NCBI GenBank assembly: GCA_035084275.1
Contig: CM068760.1
Location: 7,998,001-8,062,000 of the forward strand
Source of the DNA: Hydrolagus colliei
Taxonomy: Eukaryota
Reading direction: 5' to 3'
DNA length: 64,000 bases
Position numbers and translations under genes: made by a program. Numbering within the stretch: position 1 is the stretch's first letter; every line of letters starts with the position of its first letter. A model generated the notes under the pieces. The model saw only the letters and a list, made by a program, of their open reading frames with translations. It made no database searches and had not been told where the DNA came from. This document shows positions 1 to 12,039 of the stretch, one piece after another.

Positions 1-380
1 AGAGATGGTTTAACACGAAACAAGATTAACAGGACATCAATACATTATCTTAGACTAACTGCTCAATTCCCAACATGGGGTTTGAACGCACAGCCTTCCG
101 ATCCAGAGGAGAGAGTGCCACTGACTAAAGTGAGCTGGCAAGCTTTGAAAATATTTTCCTTGAAGAAGACTTTTTAATGCATCTCTGTCGAGATGAATTT
201 CAGAGATAAAATGTTTCTGTCAGCATGTCCCACATCAGCTTCTTTGCATCGTCTCGTATGATTTGGTAGCCGGGCTTTGGGTTTATTTTTTGTAAAGGTA
301 TTTGCATTTTATGATGATCTATTTCCTTAAAATGTTATTCATGTTCATCTGTCTTGTTGCCCCGTTCCTGCTTTCTGCAG

Positions 381-480
381 GTTGGCGAAGTATGACTCAA
401 CTTGTCAACTTGCACAAGATACTGCTGAACACATCCATGAACGAAACAGGCAAAAGAGAACTGGTGGCAATCCTGCAAAG
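381..480 (+). CDS. STX8: Syntaxin-8 coding exon 2 (Habc N-terminus; (W)[33 protein letters not shown])
   Basis: Acceptor ttctgcag ends at 380, donor gtacat starts at 481; 100 bp. Peptide resembles human STX8 WFSTYDSTCQIAQEIAEKIQQRNQ as recalled. Confidence 0.95.
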
Positions 481-488
481 GTACATCC

Positions 489-666
489 TTGGTCACTCAA
501 TCTACCGCTGTTTGTGGGACGCTGCTGTGCGCAATTGACTGCTGCGTTTTCCCCACAAAATATACAATCAATTCACTTTACAGTATATTCTGAGAAGCGC
601 TTTGGGATGTCTCCAAGACGTGATGAGGTGCTATATGAAAAGCAAGGACTATTAGTACTATTATTG
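489..666 (+). mobile_element. 5'-truncated SINE (Deu-like body plus L2-like tail)
   Basis: ctgtttgtgggacgctgctgtgcgcaattg...agcgctttgggatgtc...ttatt, shared with more than 20 copies in the window. Confidence 0.85.
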
Positions 667-2092
667 TATCCCTTGTTACCTAGGATTGTTTTGCGTTCCA
701 TTTTGTTTCACCTCCGGGAGATTTTCTGTTGTTGGAGGATCGAGACGAGATCGCAGCATTTGATTAAAAAGCACTTTCTTTGACCCTTAGTCCACGACCA
801 GTGTGGAAGTTGAAAGGGACTTTGCCTAAATTAAGTTTTCGTCCTTTCAAAACTGGCCTGAGCATTGGCAGCACCTGGACAAGTAACCTCGCAAGCTGTG
901 GTGCTCCGGGTAAATTCACGAAGGATTGGCAGCGTTTAATCTCATTGTGCCCAGTCAATACTCGGGAAAGGCTTCCATCAAAAGCAATGCTTGTCTGCTT
1001 TCAAAGGAGTTAATTCAGAATTAATTTGGAGATTGTAAGGACAGTTAGAGACTACGTTTTGGTCAGCCGAATGCCTGACACATGCGAAAACCCATTTTGA
1101 GAACGTTGTCTGCAAGTTTCCGACTACTAGTGAGCTAGGACCACCCTTGAGTTAGAGTTTTAGCTTGCAGGGTTACAGGAGCTGAGTGAGAAGAATCCCT
1201 GCTCCCAATGTCTGGAAATTTCACTCCCAATTTCGCCCGTGAAATATACAGTATTTTACAGTGTAAAGTACAGTGTACAGCGTACAGTGCGCTGTGAAGC
1301 ACTTTGAGATGTCTGTGAGCCAGGCTGGCCGATCAGTCATCAGCAATGCCCTGTAATGTTGTGGACCCGACTGTGTCAGGAACCAGGTCACCGCAGAGGA
1401 GTGGCTCAATCCTGATCATCGGTTGCCAAACACGTCACTTTGGTGGAAACTGTCAAGAGAAATCTTATAGAAATTACAAGAGGTTATTTATGCTTGTCAA
1501 GGCAAAACACGGTGTAATTTAAGCGTTTAAAGAAATTGACCAGATTAAATGGTATATTCCCTCTCTGTTTGTACAATAGTGTGATAAACCACTAAGCTTC
1601 CTCTATGGTTGGAGATCAGTTGATTGTAAAAACAGTGGACACCCTTAACACTAATAATCTAGCCATCTGGGAGCATTTGGGGGGAGTTTGAACAGCCTCA
1701 GATGCAGTTGGCTGCCATCAAAGTACTGTACTGAGGTGAAACTTTATTCTCTTGACCTAAGACAAAGGGCCTGTTGCTAGCTTAATAGTACACTGATGTC
1801 ATTTTCTGGGATCTTGTCCAATAATATCAGGCTAAAAACAATAGCTAAAACATAATTCAACCCAGCTTATTGTATGGGAACAGCTTCTCCATTGAAGTGC
1901 TAATTGCAATGTGTTTTAAATCATTGAAATTACTTTCCTGGGGTCCGAGAAAACTTTGCATAGACTGTGCTGATTTTTCAAAGGCAGACAAGGACAGTTT
2001 GAATGGAAATTTAAATGTTTTGTGTGTTTTTTTTTGCTTTCCCCCCAATCCAGTGCTTCAGGTTTGCAATTTCCCTCCGGTGAGTTTTACCC

Positions 2093-2220
2093 CTGCGCAA
2101 TTGGCTGCCGCGTTACGCCCACAAATATATACTCAGTTCACTTTACAGTATATTCTGTGAAGCGCATTGAAACGTCTAGAAGACGTGAAAAGCGCTATAT
2201 CAAATGCAAGAATTATTATT
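2093..2220 (+). mobile_element. 5'-truncated SINE, same family
   Basis: gcgcaattggctgccgcgtt...tgtgaagcgc...tatatcaaatgcaagaattattatt. Confidence 0.85.
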
Positions 2221-3649
2221 GGAAGTTTTCTTAAGTGTTGATTTTATTTTGGATGAATAAGTAAAAGTGAAGATGCCTTTCTTAAGCTATGTTTGTTCAG
2301 TATATTCAAGACTTGAGTATTTTTTTGGGGTGTGGGGGGAAAACCTGTGTTATATGGTTGTGCAGTCAATGTTCTAAAATCAGGGGGATCTAACTGGCGG
2401 CTCGGGGGCTCATTTTATCCCCCCCACCCCAACCACTTCATATGGCACCCAGCCCCCAGCAGCCAAAATCATATTGGGCATTTGATTGGATTTTCAGTGC
2501 ATAGACTGAGAAGAAAATGCTACAGATACTCGTCTCTGCTGATACCAAGATACCAACAGCTTGGGTCAATGCCTGGAAGAATCTAGTGGTGTAGGATATT
2601 GTAAGAGTGTCTTACATTCAAGTTGAATGAAAATAATGAAAGATGTGAGATAAAACAGACGATCAAACCGTACCTTTTAAATGATTTCCAGAATTATTAG
2701 TCTTTTACTGAACAGTACGCACTTTTCTTTCCTTGCCAATATAGAGCCATCATCTTTCCTAATCTTAACCTAAGGCAGCTGTAGTGGTGTATATATGTTT
2801 ATCTATATACTATATAAACCACTTTAATTTTGGATTGAAAATTGTGAGCTGGGCTATAACTTAAAGGTGTGCGGTGCCAACATATCTTTGTTCAAGGGAG
2901 GACGTCATGTACTGTGAGTACATGTTTTCATACAGCGTGTCATTGATGCACTTACAAAGAGGTGCGGAAAACTGGAACACACAGTGTTTATGTGTGCTTA
3001 ATGTCGAATGCCAGCTTTAAAAATAGGGAAGGGTTGAACTTCTTTGATCGTGTGCAGAATATGGCAATACCATGCATCACCTTAGTGTTAATAACATGCA
3101 TTACCTCTGAGCATTAACATGCATTTCCTTGTCCACATTGCTGCATATCTGCACATTTAAAGAGTGAAAATCCTTTCCATTTAGATAGGCAGTCGACTGA
3201 CTATGGGCACCCAGTCTATTACCTCCTGCACTTTCTGGTCAAGGGGCAGAGAAAAATGATTATTTTATTATAAGCGACAGAGAAAAATATCTGTGGCTTT
3301 AATTACAGAATCATAAAATGTTACAGGCCCTTTCGCCCATCAGATCTCCAAATGAGCCACCTAATCTCCTGCTTGCTTTCCATACTGTGATTTATTACTT
3401 AACCCTGCTCCCAAACATCATGCTATGAAGCTGACGCACAGCAAATGGTTATGGTGTTAGCTCTGAGACTTTTGCTCCATGCTAGTTTGTCACAAAGGAC
3501 CATGGCAGTCGGTAAATCAAGCCTGTAATCTATGTTCTTTTTAAAAAAAATCTTATTGAAACAAGTTTTAAATACCCACGTTGACTAAAATAGAGGAGCT
3601 TAGGCAAGATATTTTAAAAATGAATAATTTTGCAAAGCTTTATGAGAAG

Positions 3650-4165
3650 CACAGAAATTTACAGCACAAAAGGAGGCCGTTCAGCCTATTGATGTCCTCC
3701 CGAGGTGAAAGGCGCTATACAAATGTAATTTTGTTGTTGTTGTATTGTGCCTGTGATGGCTCTCTGAAAGAGCTACTGATTTAGTTTTGTTCTCCCTTTG
3801 TTTGCTACATATATCCCTTTATATTTCTCCCTCTCAGGTATTTATTTAATTCCCTTTTGACACTCAATACAAATTCTTCCTCAACTACTGTTCCAGGTTG
3901 GGGGCATTTCACATCCTTATAACCTCCTGCCTGAAAGAAAATTATAATCTCACTCTTTGTTCTTCCGGTGATTCATTGAAATCTGTGACTTCAAGTTCCC
4001 ATTTCACTGCCTATTTGCTTTATTATATTTCTCCCTATTTGCTTCACCAAAACCCCTTATAATTTTGAAAACGTATATTGGGCTTCTTCTCAATCTGGAG
4101 AAAACAGCCCCGGTCCCACCAGTCTCTTCTCAGAAGTGTTATCTGCCATCCCAGGGAATTTGGCC
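3650..4165 (-). mobile_element. Degraded CR1-type LINE 3' end, interrupted by a short L2-type tail insertion
   Basis: cacagaaatttacagcacaaaaggaggccgttcagcc and gagaaaacagccc are typical reverse-strand CR1 3' end motifs. Confidence 0.6.
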
Positions 4166-4308
4166 AATTTTCTCCTCTCTTTCACTTAAAGAGTTGAGTC
4201 TTGCCAAGGCATGTTAAAGTACCCGAGGAACATTTTTCATTTGTGAATCTCGACACTGAACTCTGCCAGGTTAATTAACTGTCGGGAGTGTATGAGACTG
4301 CGCCAGTT

Positions 4309-4465
4309 CATAAGAACATAAGAATAAGGAGCAGGAGTAGGCCATTCGACCCCTCGAGCCTGCCCCGCCATTCAATGAGATCATTACTGATCCTCTAATC
4401 TAACTCCAGCCTTATTCCCATATCCCTTCATCCACAAGAAATCTATCAGTTCCTGCCCTTATCCA
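4309..4465 (-). mobile_element. CR1-type LINE (or CR1-tailed SINE) 3' terminus
   Basis: cataagaacataagaataagagcaggagtaggccattcgacccctcgagcctg; homologous to the end of the 54297 copy. Confidence 0.8.
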
Positions 4466-4699
4466 GCATGAATGCATGTTTTTACAGGAGAGGTCACGGG
4501 ATTGTAATTATTGATAAGGTTCCCCCACCTTCCCTAGCCTAGGTGCACATCATTCATGTGTAGCACCTCGAGTGTTGTGGCTGAGGTCAGGAAGCTCAGT
4601 ACAGCCCTTTGATCGTTTCATCTGCATGACTACACTGGGCGGTTACTTTACCCAATAGATCACTAGATAATTACAACTACCATCAGATGGTTAATGATG

Positions 4700-5074
4700 C
4701 CAGAGGACGTCCCAAGGCGCTGAACAGTTAGGTAGGGACAAGAGCAGGGAGGGCAGGGGTTGGGGCAGGATGAAGAAGAGCAGGAAAGCCGACTGTATAT
4801 TTGTTGGCGAAACGTGGCAACCAAATTGCGCACAGCAGTGTCCCACAAACAGTTGCGGACTATATGTGGATGAAACGCGACAGCCAATTGTGCACAGCAG
4901 TGTCCCACAAACAGTCATGGATTGAAATGATCAATTTATTATTTGGGGGTGTGGGGGGGTGATTATTATTACGTGTGGAGTTAGGAAACTTGCCCAAGAT
5001 TTCTCCCTGCCTGGAATCAAATCCACGTCTCTCGCTTGTGAGGGGAGTGTTCTGAACACTTGAATTGCAGGACT
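4700..5074 (-). mobile_element. Composite SINE: tRNA head, duplicated Deu-like segment and alternative L2-type tail
   Basis: Head at about 4975-5074; two tandem copies of ...aattg(c/t)gcacagcagtgtcccacaaacagt at about 4790-4915; tail segment shared with 20137-20316 and 48201-48399. Confidence 0.8.
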
Positions 5075-5782
5075 GGCCAATTCACATGGAGCAAATCTTG
5101 TTCAGATCCCAGAATATACAGCAGAGGTCACTATAATCTGTGCGCAAACTACTGCTAGGATACAGTGCGGATTTGTTAACGAGGGAAGCAAGTCAAAATA
5201 TGCAAATCAATTTATTTTCTTTCAAATCGCACCCACCCAGCCATGAACAGCTTGTAAAGAAAACGCCTCACCGCAGAACTTGACAATTCACCATAATGCC
5301 AACGTACAGAATAAATCTTCAGGCAGCACCGCGGTCGTTATGCCTAACGAGTGTACTTTACAGAGCAGACCAGCACCTCGCTGGTTCAATTGTTTTTCTT
5401 TTTCCAAAAAGTCTACCAACTCAGAACAAAGAGAGCTGCCCGCGTCGTGGCTTTAATATTACGCACGCTGCAGAAGGATGTGCGGTAGTAGGTTTTAGAT
5501 AAGCAGTAAGACCATAAGGACCAATTGACTAGGACCAATGGAAGGGGCTCTGGAGGTTGAAAGCAAGAAGCTGGGAGAACTGAGTAGAGTTTTTTGGTGG
5601 GACTGTTTGATTTTGTAATGTGTGGGCTGAAATGAAAAAGTGTAGTACAGATTGTTTGTTGAGAACGTTAACAGTAGCTGACAATTCATCAACGAGCTTC
5701 CATCGCCTAGTGGGTACAATATGCACAGTAATAATACAATAATAATTCAATTATAATAATAATGCAATAATAAACAATAATA

Positions 5783-5906
5783 ATTTGGCTGCTGAGTTTC
5801 ACTCACAAATACACAGTCAATTCATTTTATGGTATATTCTGCGAAGCGCTTTGAGATGTCTAGAAGATGTGAAAAGCGCTGTATCAAATGCAAGGATTAT
5901 TATTAT
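5783..5906 (+). mobile_element. 5'-truncated SINE preceded by an imperfect (AAT)n tract (about 5728-5783)
   Basis: Family body and tail ending caaatgcaaggattattatt. Confidence 0.8.
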
Positions 5907-6600
5907 GACTTTGTTTCCCTTAAACAAACCTGTGGGGGGAGGCAAATGGTGAATGTTCTGTGTGATAAAATGTTTTTTCCCGTGCCTTTTGCACTTCCAT
6001 TGTGAGCAAATTGTAGTGTACGTGATACTGTATTTTTAATACAGCGCCTTGAGGCCGTTTGTAACTGATGATGTAATGTGAAAGACTTGAAAGGTTAAAC
6101 AATGCATTGCCTGCTTGTGGGGGAATTGTGTAACTTCGAAGGCATTACCAAGGTTTTGGTGCTTAAGCAGACATTTGGCTAGTTATTTAACAAATTCTGA
6201 ATGGGTGCCAAAGGCCAAAACTGCTGTCCAGTTTGTAGCTGAATGCGTTGCTGAATTCCTTGATGAGTATCTCTCGCTACTTATGCAACCGTGTACTCCC
6301 ATCTTGTCAGTGTGAAATGTGAGCATGTTTGTCAATCATTAGATAGGTTGAATATGTTGTGCACGTTTCGCGAACACAAAATACACAATCAAATACACAT
6401 TACAGTATATTGAAGCGCTCTGAGACGCCTTCCAGCGTGGAGGGCGCTATATAAATCCAAATTGTTTTTGTTGTTATTCCGTGAAGCGCTTTGAGACATC
6501 TTGAAGATGTGATGAGGAGCTACATTAAATGCAAGGAGTATTATTTTGTTTGTTTGACAATGGTACTTTTCCCTCCCACCACCCCGTCTCTTTTTTTCAG

Positions 6601-6695
6601 TTGAATGCAGCAATTCGAGTAAATCTCCAAAAACTCCAGGAACAGATCAGCCAACTGAAGGAAGTGTTGTTGCGGAACTTATCCATACGCCAGAT
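6601..6695 (+). CDS. STX8: Syntaxin-8 exon 3 (LNAAIRVNLQKLQEQISQLKEVLLRNLSIRQ(I))
   Basis: Polypyrimidine tract plus cag ends at 6600; donor GTATCCTT at 6696; 95 bp; phase-compatible with exons 2 and 4; resembles human LTVTIRALLQNLKEKIALLKDLLLRAVSTHQI. Confidence 0.93.
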
Positions 6696-7615
6696 GTATC
6701 CTTCCAAATAGTTTCTCTTTTTCCATAGCCACAAAGGTTTTAAAATAAAGCCCAGAATCGGCTCAGCTCTATAGACTTTTCTGAAAATTATAAGAGGTAA
6801 TTCATTACTTTGCAAAATAAAAAAAATGCCAAGTGGGGATGTCTTGACGTGAAAGACGCTATACAAGTGTAATTTTGATGTTGTTGCCTTTTCTTTCAAG
6901 TAACGAATAGAGATTTTTTTTTAAAAAAGCCTTGAAATTGCAGGGTTGATTTTTATGCTGAGTGACATGAATTATATTTTAAATCAGCTACAGTGAGCAC
7001 TGGGAACACCACACCTGCTGAAATCAAGCCTGTTTAATGCTGTCTGCTCGTCTCCAGGACCACCCTCAAGTGGTCATTCATTGCATGGGAGCCTTGGCGA
7101 TGAATGTCAGTGGGTATTTCATCCAGAGCAGCATCGCAGCCAAATCTGACTCTATGCACCTTCCAGAAAGAGTATTTAGTCGACTGATTGATTTTCATCT
7201 CATCTGGCTGAGGTCATTGGCGATTGACTGTGTACTTTGTGCATTTCGTCCACAAATTATACAACCAGTCCACTTTACAAATATACTCTGTGAAACGCTT
7301 TGAGACGTCTCAATGATGTGATAAGGCTGTATATCAAATGCAAAGATTATTACTATTCCGATGAATCTTTGTTAATTTCGGAAAATGTGCTTCAGTTGAA
7401 GAAACTCTATAGTATTTTTAGTTCTCACTTTGGCCAGTGCAGAATAATATATCTGATTTAATCGTGATTATTTGTTACACCACTGTTTTTAATCCATAAA
7501 CTCAAGTATAATTTTAATGTACAGTTTTCGAAATATAATTCTATCAATAGTATAGTGATGTCATGTTGATAACCATTGCAAAGGATATTGTGGTTCTTTA
7601 ATCATTCGCATTCAG
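6696..7615 (+). other. STX8: U12-type (minor spliceosome) GT-AG intron 3 of STX8
   Basis: 5' splice site GTATCCTT is the U12 consensus. Branch-site-like TTCTTTAAT at 7594-7602 lies about 13 nt before the AG at 7614-7615, with no strong polypyrimidine tract. Confidence 0.9.
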
Positions 7616-7726
7616 TACACAGCTCGAAGCAGACAGACGACAAAATTTGGTGGATGATTTGCTAACAAAAGAGCGACAACTTCAAGCATCTTTCAAGAAG
7701 GATGGCACGGAACCTGATATGATCCG
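7616..7726 (+). CDS. STX8: Syntaxin-8 exon 4 (TQLEADRRQNLVDDLLTKERQLQASFKKDGTEPDMI(R))
   Basis: ttcag acceptor, gtatga donor; 111 bp; close to human TQLEGDRRQNLLDDLVTRERLLLASFKNEGAEPDLIR. Not covered by the ORF track. Confidence 0.95.
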
Positions 7727-8759
7727 GTATGATTTATTTTGAGCCAGTGAGATAAAGGAAGGATAAGCCTCAGAACTCTGTCCAAAGTAGAATTTCTCAG
7801 CGCATGTTTATCCTTTATTTAAAAATATTTCGAATATGCTGCAACTATGCTTAAAATAGTTTTGTCCTGCACTAAGATGTTCGGTAACATTGTGTCTGAC
7901 TGGTACGCAACATGGTATGGAAAATCTGCGAGGAAAGGCTTCTTGTGCTATGAAGCACATCCTCTGTTTCTGTCACTTCTTTGGAAATTGTGAGCTTGCA
8001 TTTAGATGTTAATGTTCTGAGACTATGACCAGTGGCCTGGGGCCTCACTGCATAATTCTCCTGCAGACTGAAGCTTTACATTACGTGCTCACTAGACACC
8101 GGGTTTCTTTCGCACAGACTCTGTGTGCGGAAATTCTCAGCGTGGGAGGGAGTACATTATTTCAGTATTCATTTGCTACGTTGGCGTATTCTGCGCATTT
8201 TGGGTGCTATAAATGTTGGAGCTAATGTGGATGATGAATAGATCGAGTCCAATAGAATCCATTGTGCCAAGAAAAAGCAAAATGTGGAGCAGTCTGTCCA
8301 TCCTGGTTATCCCTTATTGGCTGCTTTATAAGGACATACACAAGTAAAGAGGACTGAATCAGCCGTTGTTTTAAAAGACTATTTTCTACTCTGAGTTTAA
8401 ATGGAGCTTTGATTCCTAAACTTTAGAGTCTGTCTTTGCTGCTTTTAAGCCTTTTGTCGATTGCGTTTGGACAGCCTTAACCCAATTTCTAGTGGGCTTG
8501 AGCTGACAGGAGAGGAGGAGGTCACAAAGATGGCTGGTGTGGGAAATGTAATCGTTGCAAGGGGTAGTGCTGCTCGCTTTCACTGAAACAAAGGACTGAA
8601 GGTTGAAGTTCCATAAGAAGGAGTGCACTTTGGGTGATTATGTAAACATTGAGTGAACTGCTGAGTTTGGTTAACATTGTGGATTAATTGATATTTATTG
8701 CACATAGCCTGGAATTGCTACCGTGTCCTGCGTTTGCTCCACTCGGTTGAGGCTGTCCA

Positions 8760-9015
8760 ATTGGCTTCTCGCGTCTCCCTGGGTGAGGAAGGTAATCAGT
8801 CAGTATTTCTGTGGCTGATCTCTACAGTGATTTCCCTGCTCCGTAGGGTGGGTGGATGCTGAGTCAGCACAGGATCAGCCTTGGCAGTGGTGCCTTCTGG
8901 GGTCCAATAGTCAGTCAGTGCCAAGGCTCACAGGTGAAGAATAGTGTCTGGACAAAGGACACATGTGGAACCGTACCCTAACACGAGTCAAAGCCTTCAG
9001 TCCAGGGGAGGGCGG
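8760..9015 (+). repeat. Old unclassified interspersed repeat; related fragments at about 7060-7230 (-), 37660-37735 (+), 60970-61075 (-)
   Basis: Shared motif gagt(c/t)a(a)gcacaggatcag(c/g)cttggc...tgcc between about 8860-8895 and 37674-37710; weaker reverse-complement similarity at the other sites. Confidence 0.5.
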
Positions 9016-10524
9016 GACAGTTGGCAAAGGAAATGTGGACCAGCTAAAACTTCACACTTCTTTCTGTTTCCCTATGTGTCCAACCGAGCAAAGCTGAGAA
9101 GTTTTCCTCTGTGCCTTTTGCAGTGACTTGTGTCTATTCTTTATTTTAAGCTTGATGAATCGGGCATGCTGAGATCTGCTATAATGTTGGGGTTGGCGGT
9201 AGGTGAAAGGTTTTATAAAGCTGATGCTATGCTCACACTGCTGGCATGTGGCGTCCCAGTAATGAGTACTGTGGCATTAATGAGGACTTTTTACAGAAGC
9301 TGCTCAACTCTTTATTGTGGAATGTGTATTGCATTAAAAAAAATAACTGGATGAGCATACCGAACCCCTAACAGTTTCGAATAAAGATCTGTTCGATAGC
9401 AAACGCAGCAAACCTAGGCAGATTGGGTTCAAAAGCAAACTAATAAATTGAACGCCAAGAATTTATTCACACTGGGCAAAATTGGCCAAAGATCAACTGT
9501 GTTATTCACTGGAACTGGTTTTTGTTCGATTGATCACATGTCAGCATTAAGATGGTCTTCAAATCAGCCAGTTCTGGAGGCGATATAATCACTCACAGTT
9601 TACATTTTTCGTTCACTGGGCTCTCATCCGCTTCTTTTAAAGCCAGCTGCCTGACAAATTTTATAATTGTTAGCAAATTTGCAGGACACGTCTTTTTAGG
9701 AAGGATTCCATTCAGCATCTGTGCCAAGTGACACCAAACGATCAGTCAGTTGTGATGCAGTCTTGCAGATCTTCATCCAGGAAAGCGACGTGAAACCTTA
9801 ATGTGTGGCCTGGGTCCAGAAAAAAAAGCTGCGGTTCAGTTATCAGAGGCATTTTGGAAAGGTTTCTTTATGGGAAGAATTTGCAGTGAAACAAAAGCCT
9901 CTGAAAGATTAGCTTCTGGTTATTAAACAGCGACACAGCTCCCTGATTCAGGTCCGCCCTCACCTTTTATATTTGAGCAAATCTCAAAGCCCCATAATTA
10001 GTTGAAGCTGATCAACAAAAAAAATCATCAGAAATCATCTGCACACTCCACTGCTCTGTGACAAACCTAGAGATTTAGGTAATTAACATGGCAAAATCAG
10101 TGGGAGGTTAATTGGATAAACTTTAATCTTTACACCGCTAAAACGAAACGTGGCAAGATCAGAGGGGGGAAAGGAAGTAGGATGGTGTTTACTACAAGGT
10201 GGTTACCAAACATGTCATAAAGATTATTGTTATCGGGTGGCATTTGTCATGGTTTTAGATGGATTTGTAACAGGTTGCTTGGGAAGAGACAGTGATTCAG
10301 ATTGCTGCTAATTGCTTGCATTATACTGTGAAGTCATTCATTTAAGAATGACCGTGGCATTACAGACAGGAATTTTGTTTGGTGTTTGTGCCTGTCTCAA
10401 GGTCTAGTGTGTCTTGACGATCTTTGCTAATGTCTGAAATTGCTATAAGATTTGTTGCTGTGCCAGCTTAAATCGCTTGTAATTTGTGCATTGTTCAGTG
10501 TGGATTTGCCTTTCTGTAGAGCTT

Positions 10525-10543
10525 CCGCCACCAGGTGGCAGAC
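10525..10543 (+). promoter_or_regulatory. Candidate CTCF binding site
   Basis: CCGCCACCAGGTGGCAGAC matches the core consensus CCASYAGRKGGCR. Confidence 0.6.
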
Positions 10544-11109
10544 AGACTTTAGGGGAACGGAAGTTGAGATTTTGCTAAATGCCGATCATACAGTATTTTT
10601 ATTCTCTATTATTGTGCAAATGTTGAATTGAAGTTTCTAACAGGCGCTTTTATTGGATTGGCTCTCGTGCTCAAATTCTTCCCGTACAGCGAACGCTTGA
10701 AGCATTTAGAGCTTCCAAATAGTTTCTTTGTGTGAGTGGAGTCTGTGATGAATCCTGTATCTTAAGAAAATATTTTTTGCATTGAAATTATCGTAAATCA
10801 CTGGGTAGTTTTGTACTTCTCTTGTCGTTTGGTACAATTTAGTGTAAACACTAAGGTCCTTTCATCTACGTTTGTGTAAATAACATAAATCATTCTGTGG
10901 TGTAAACAGATGAGCAGAAATTGCCAACGTTGCAGAATTAAATAGTGTTTGATTTAGTGCATTGGCTCCAATGTGCACGTCATTGAACCTTTGATCCTTT
11001 GGGTGCTCAATGATTAAGATTTCGAATGACTTCATTATATAATAGTTTATAATTTGAACTACTCCTTTGTACAGCTATACACTTTTGATATTCAAAAATA
11101 TTTTCCTTG

Positions 11110-11312
11110 TGAGAGTGAGTGAATAAGAACGAGTGACTGAGTGAGAGAGTGACTGAGTGAGTGAGCAAGTGAGGGAGTGGCTGAGCGTGTATGTGTGCAG
11201 GTGATTGGGGGTGTAAATAAGTGTGGGTGTGAATGAGTATGAGTGAGTAAGTGTGAGTGAGTGGCTGTGGGTGTGAGTGGGTGAGGGTATAGGTGTGAGT
11301 GATTGTCGGTGT
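11110..11312 (+). repeat. Degenerate (GAGT)n/(GT)n microsatellite
   Basis: Visible gagtgagtga/gtgtgggtgt runs; explains the His/Thr-rich ORF 11007..11330. Confidence 0.85.
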
Positions 11313-11428
11313 GCTCAGCCTGAAATGCATTCAGATGCGTGTAGGATTTGCTTATTGCAAAATCTTGTAAATAACCGTTTTTGTTGTTTTAATCATTAGT
11401 TTTGCCAAATTTAACACTTGCTACAGAT

Positions 11429-11731
11429 GGAGTTTTGTAGCTTGGTTTTGTAGCTCAGCACTCGCCTCGCAAGAGAGAGACCTAGGTTTGATTCCCGGCT
11501 GGGCGAAACCTTGGGCAAATTCCTTACTCCACATGCCTGATAATAATCCCTCACGAAAAAAGCAATAATAAATTGGTCACTTAAATTCAGGACTGTTTGT
11601 GGGACACGCTATGTGCAACTGGCTGCTGTGTTTCACCCACAAATATACAGTCAATCACTTTACAGTACCGTATATCCTGTGAAGCGCTTTGAGATGTCTT
11701 TGAGGTGTCAAATGCATGGATTATTATTAAT
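11429..11731 (+). mobile_element. Near full-length tRNA-derived SINE
   Basis: Head with a small internal duplication (gttttgtagct twice), B-box ggtttgattcc, ccttgggcaa CORE-like motif, Deu-like body, (ATT)n tail. Confidence 0.88.
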
Positions 11732-12039
11732 ATTACTTGCATCTTTTCACCCACTCCTGTTTTGAAAGCCTTTTCTGTCCCGCTCTCACATACATCATTG
11801 CTGATAAAGAAACTTCCAAACTATTTCTCTTCTGAACCAGCTCCCAGAAGAAGTGGTTCAAGTTGGTTTGCCCTCCCTCTCTCCCCCACCCAATGATGCA
11901 GCAGCAGCATAGCACAAATGGCACACTGCAAGCCTGTACATTAATGAGTTGATATCAGGAACCATTTGTTCAAACGTGTGTGGCATCACGACCATGAATA
12001 TTAGTACATTAGCGTGAAGGTTAATTTGATGGGGATGAA

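Noticed and set aside
481-490. Intron 2 donor GTACATCCTT superficially resembling a U12 site
   Set aside because: It does not match GTATCCTT in register, and the acceptor at 6600 has a strong U2-type polypyrimidine tract.
2379-2470. Possible hAT-type transposon end (cagggggatctaactggcggctcggggg), plus scattered tagggttgcc motifs at about 19282 and 52968
   Set aside because: No matching opposite TIR or 8-bp target duplication was found; too weak to call.
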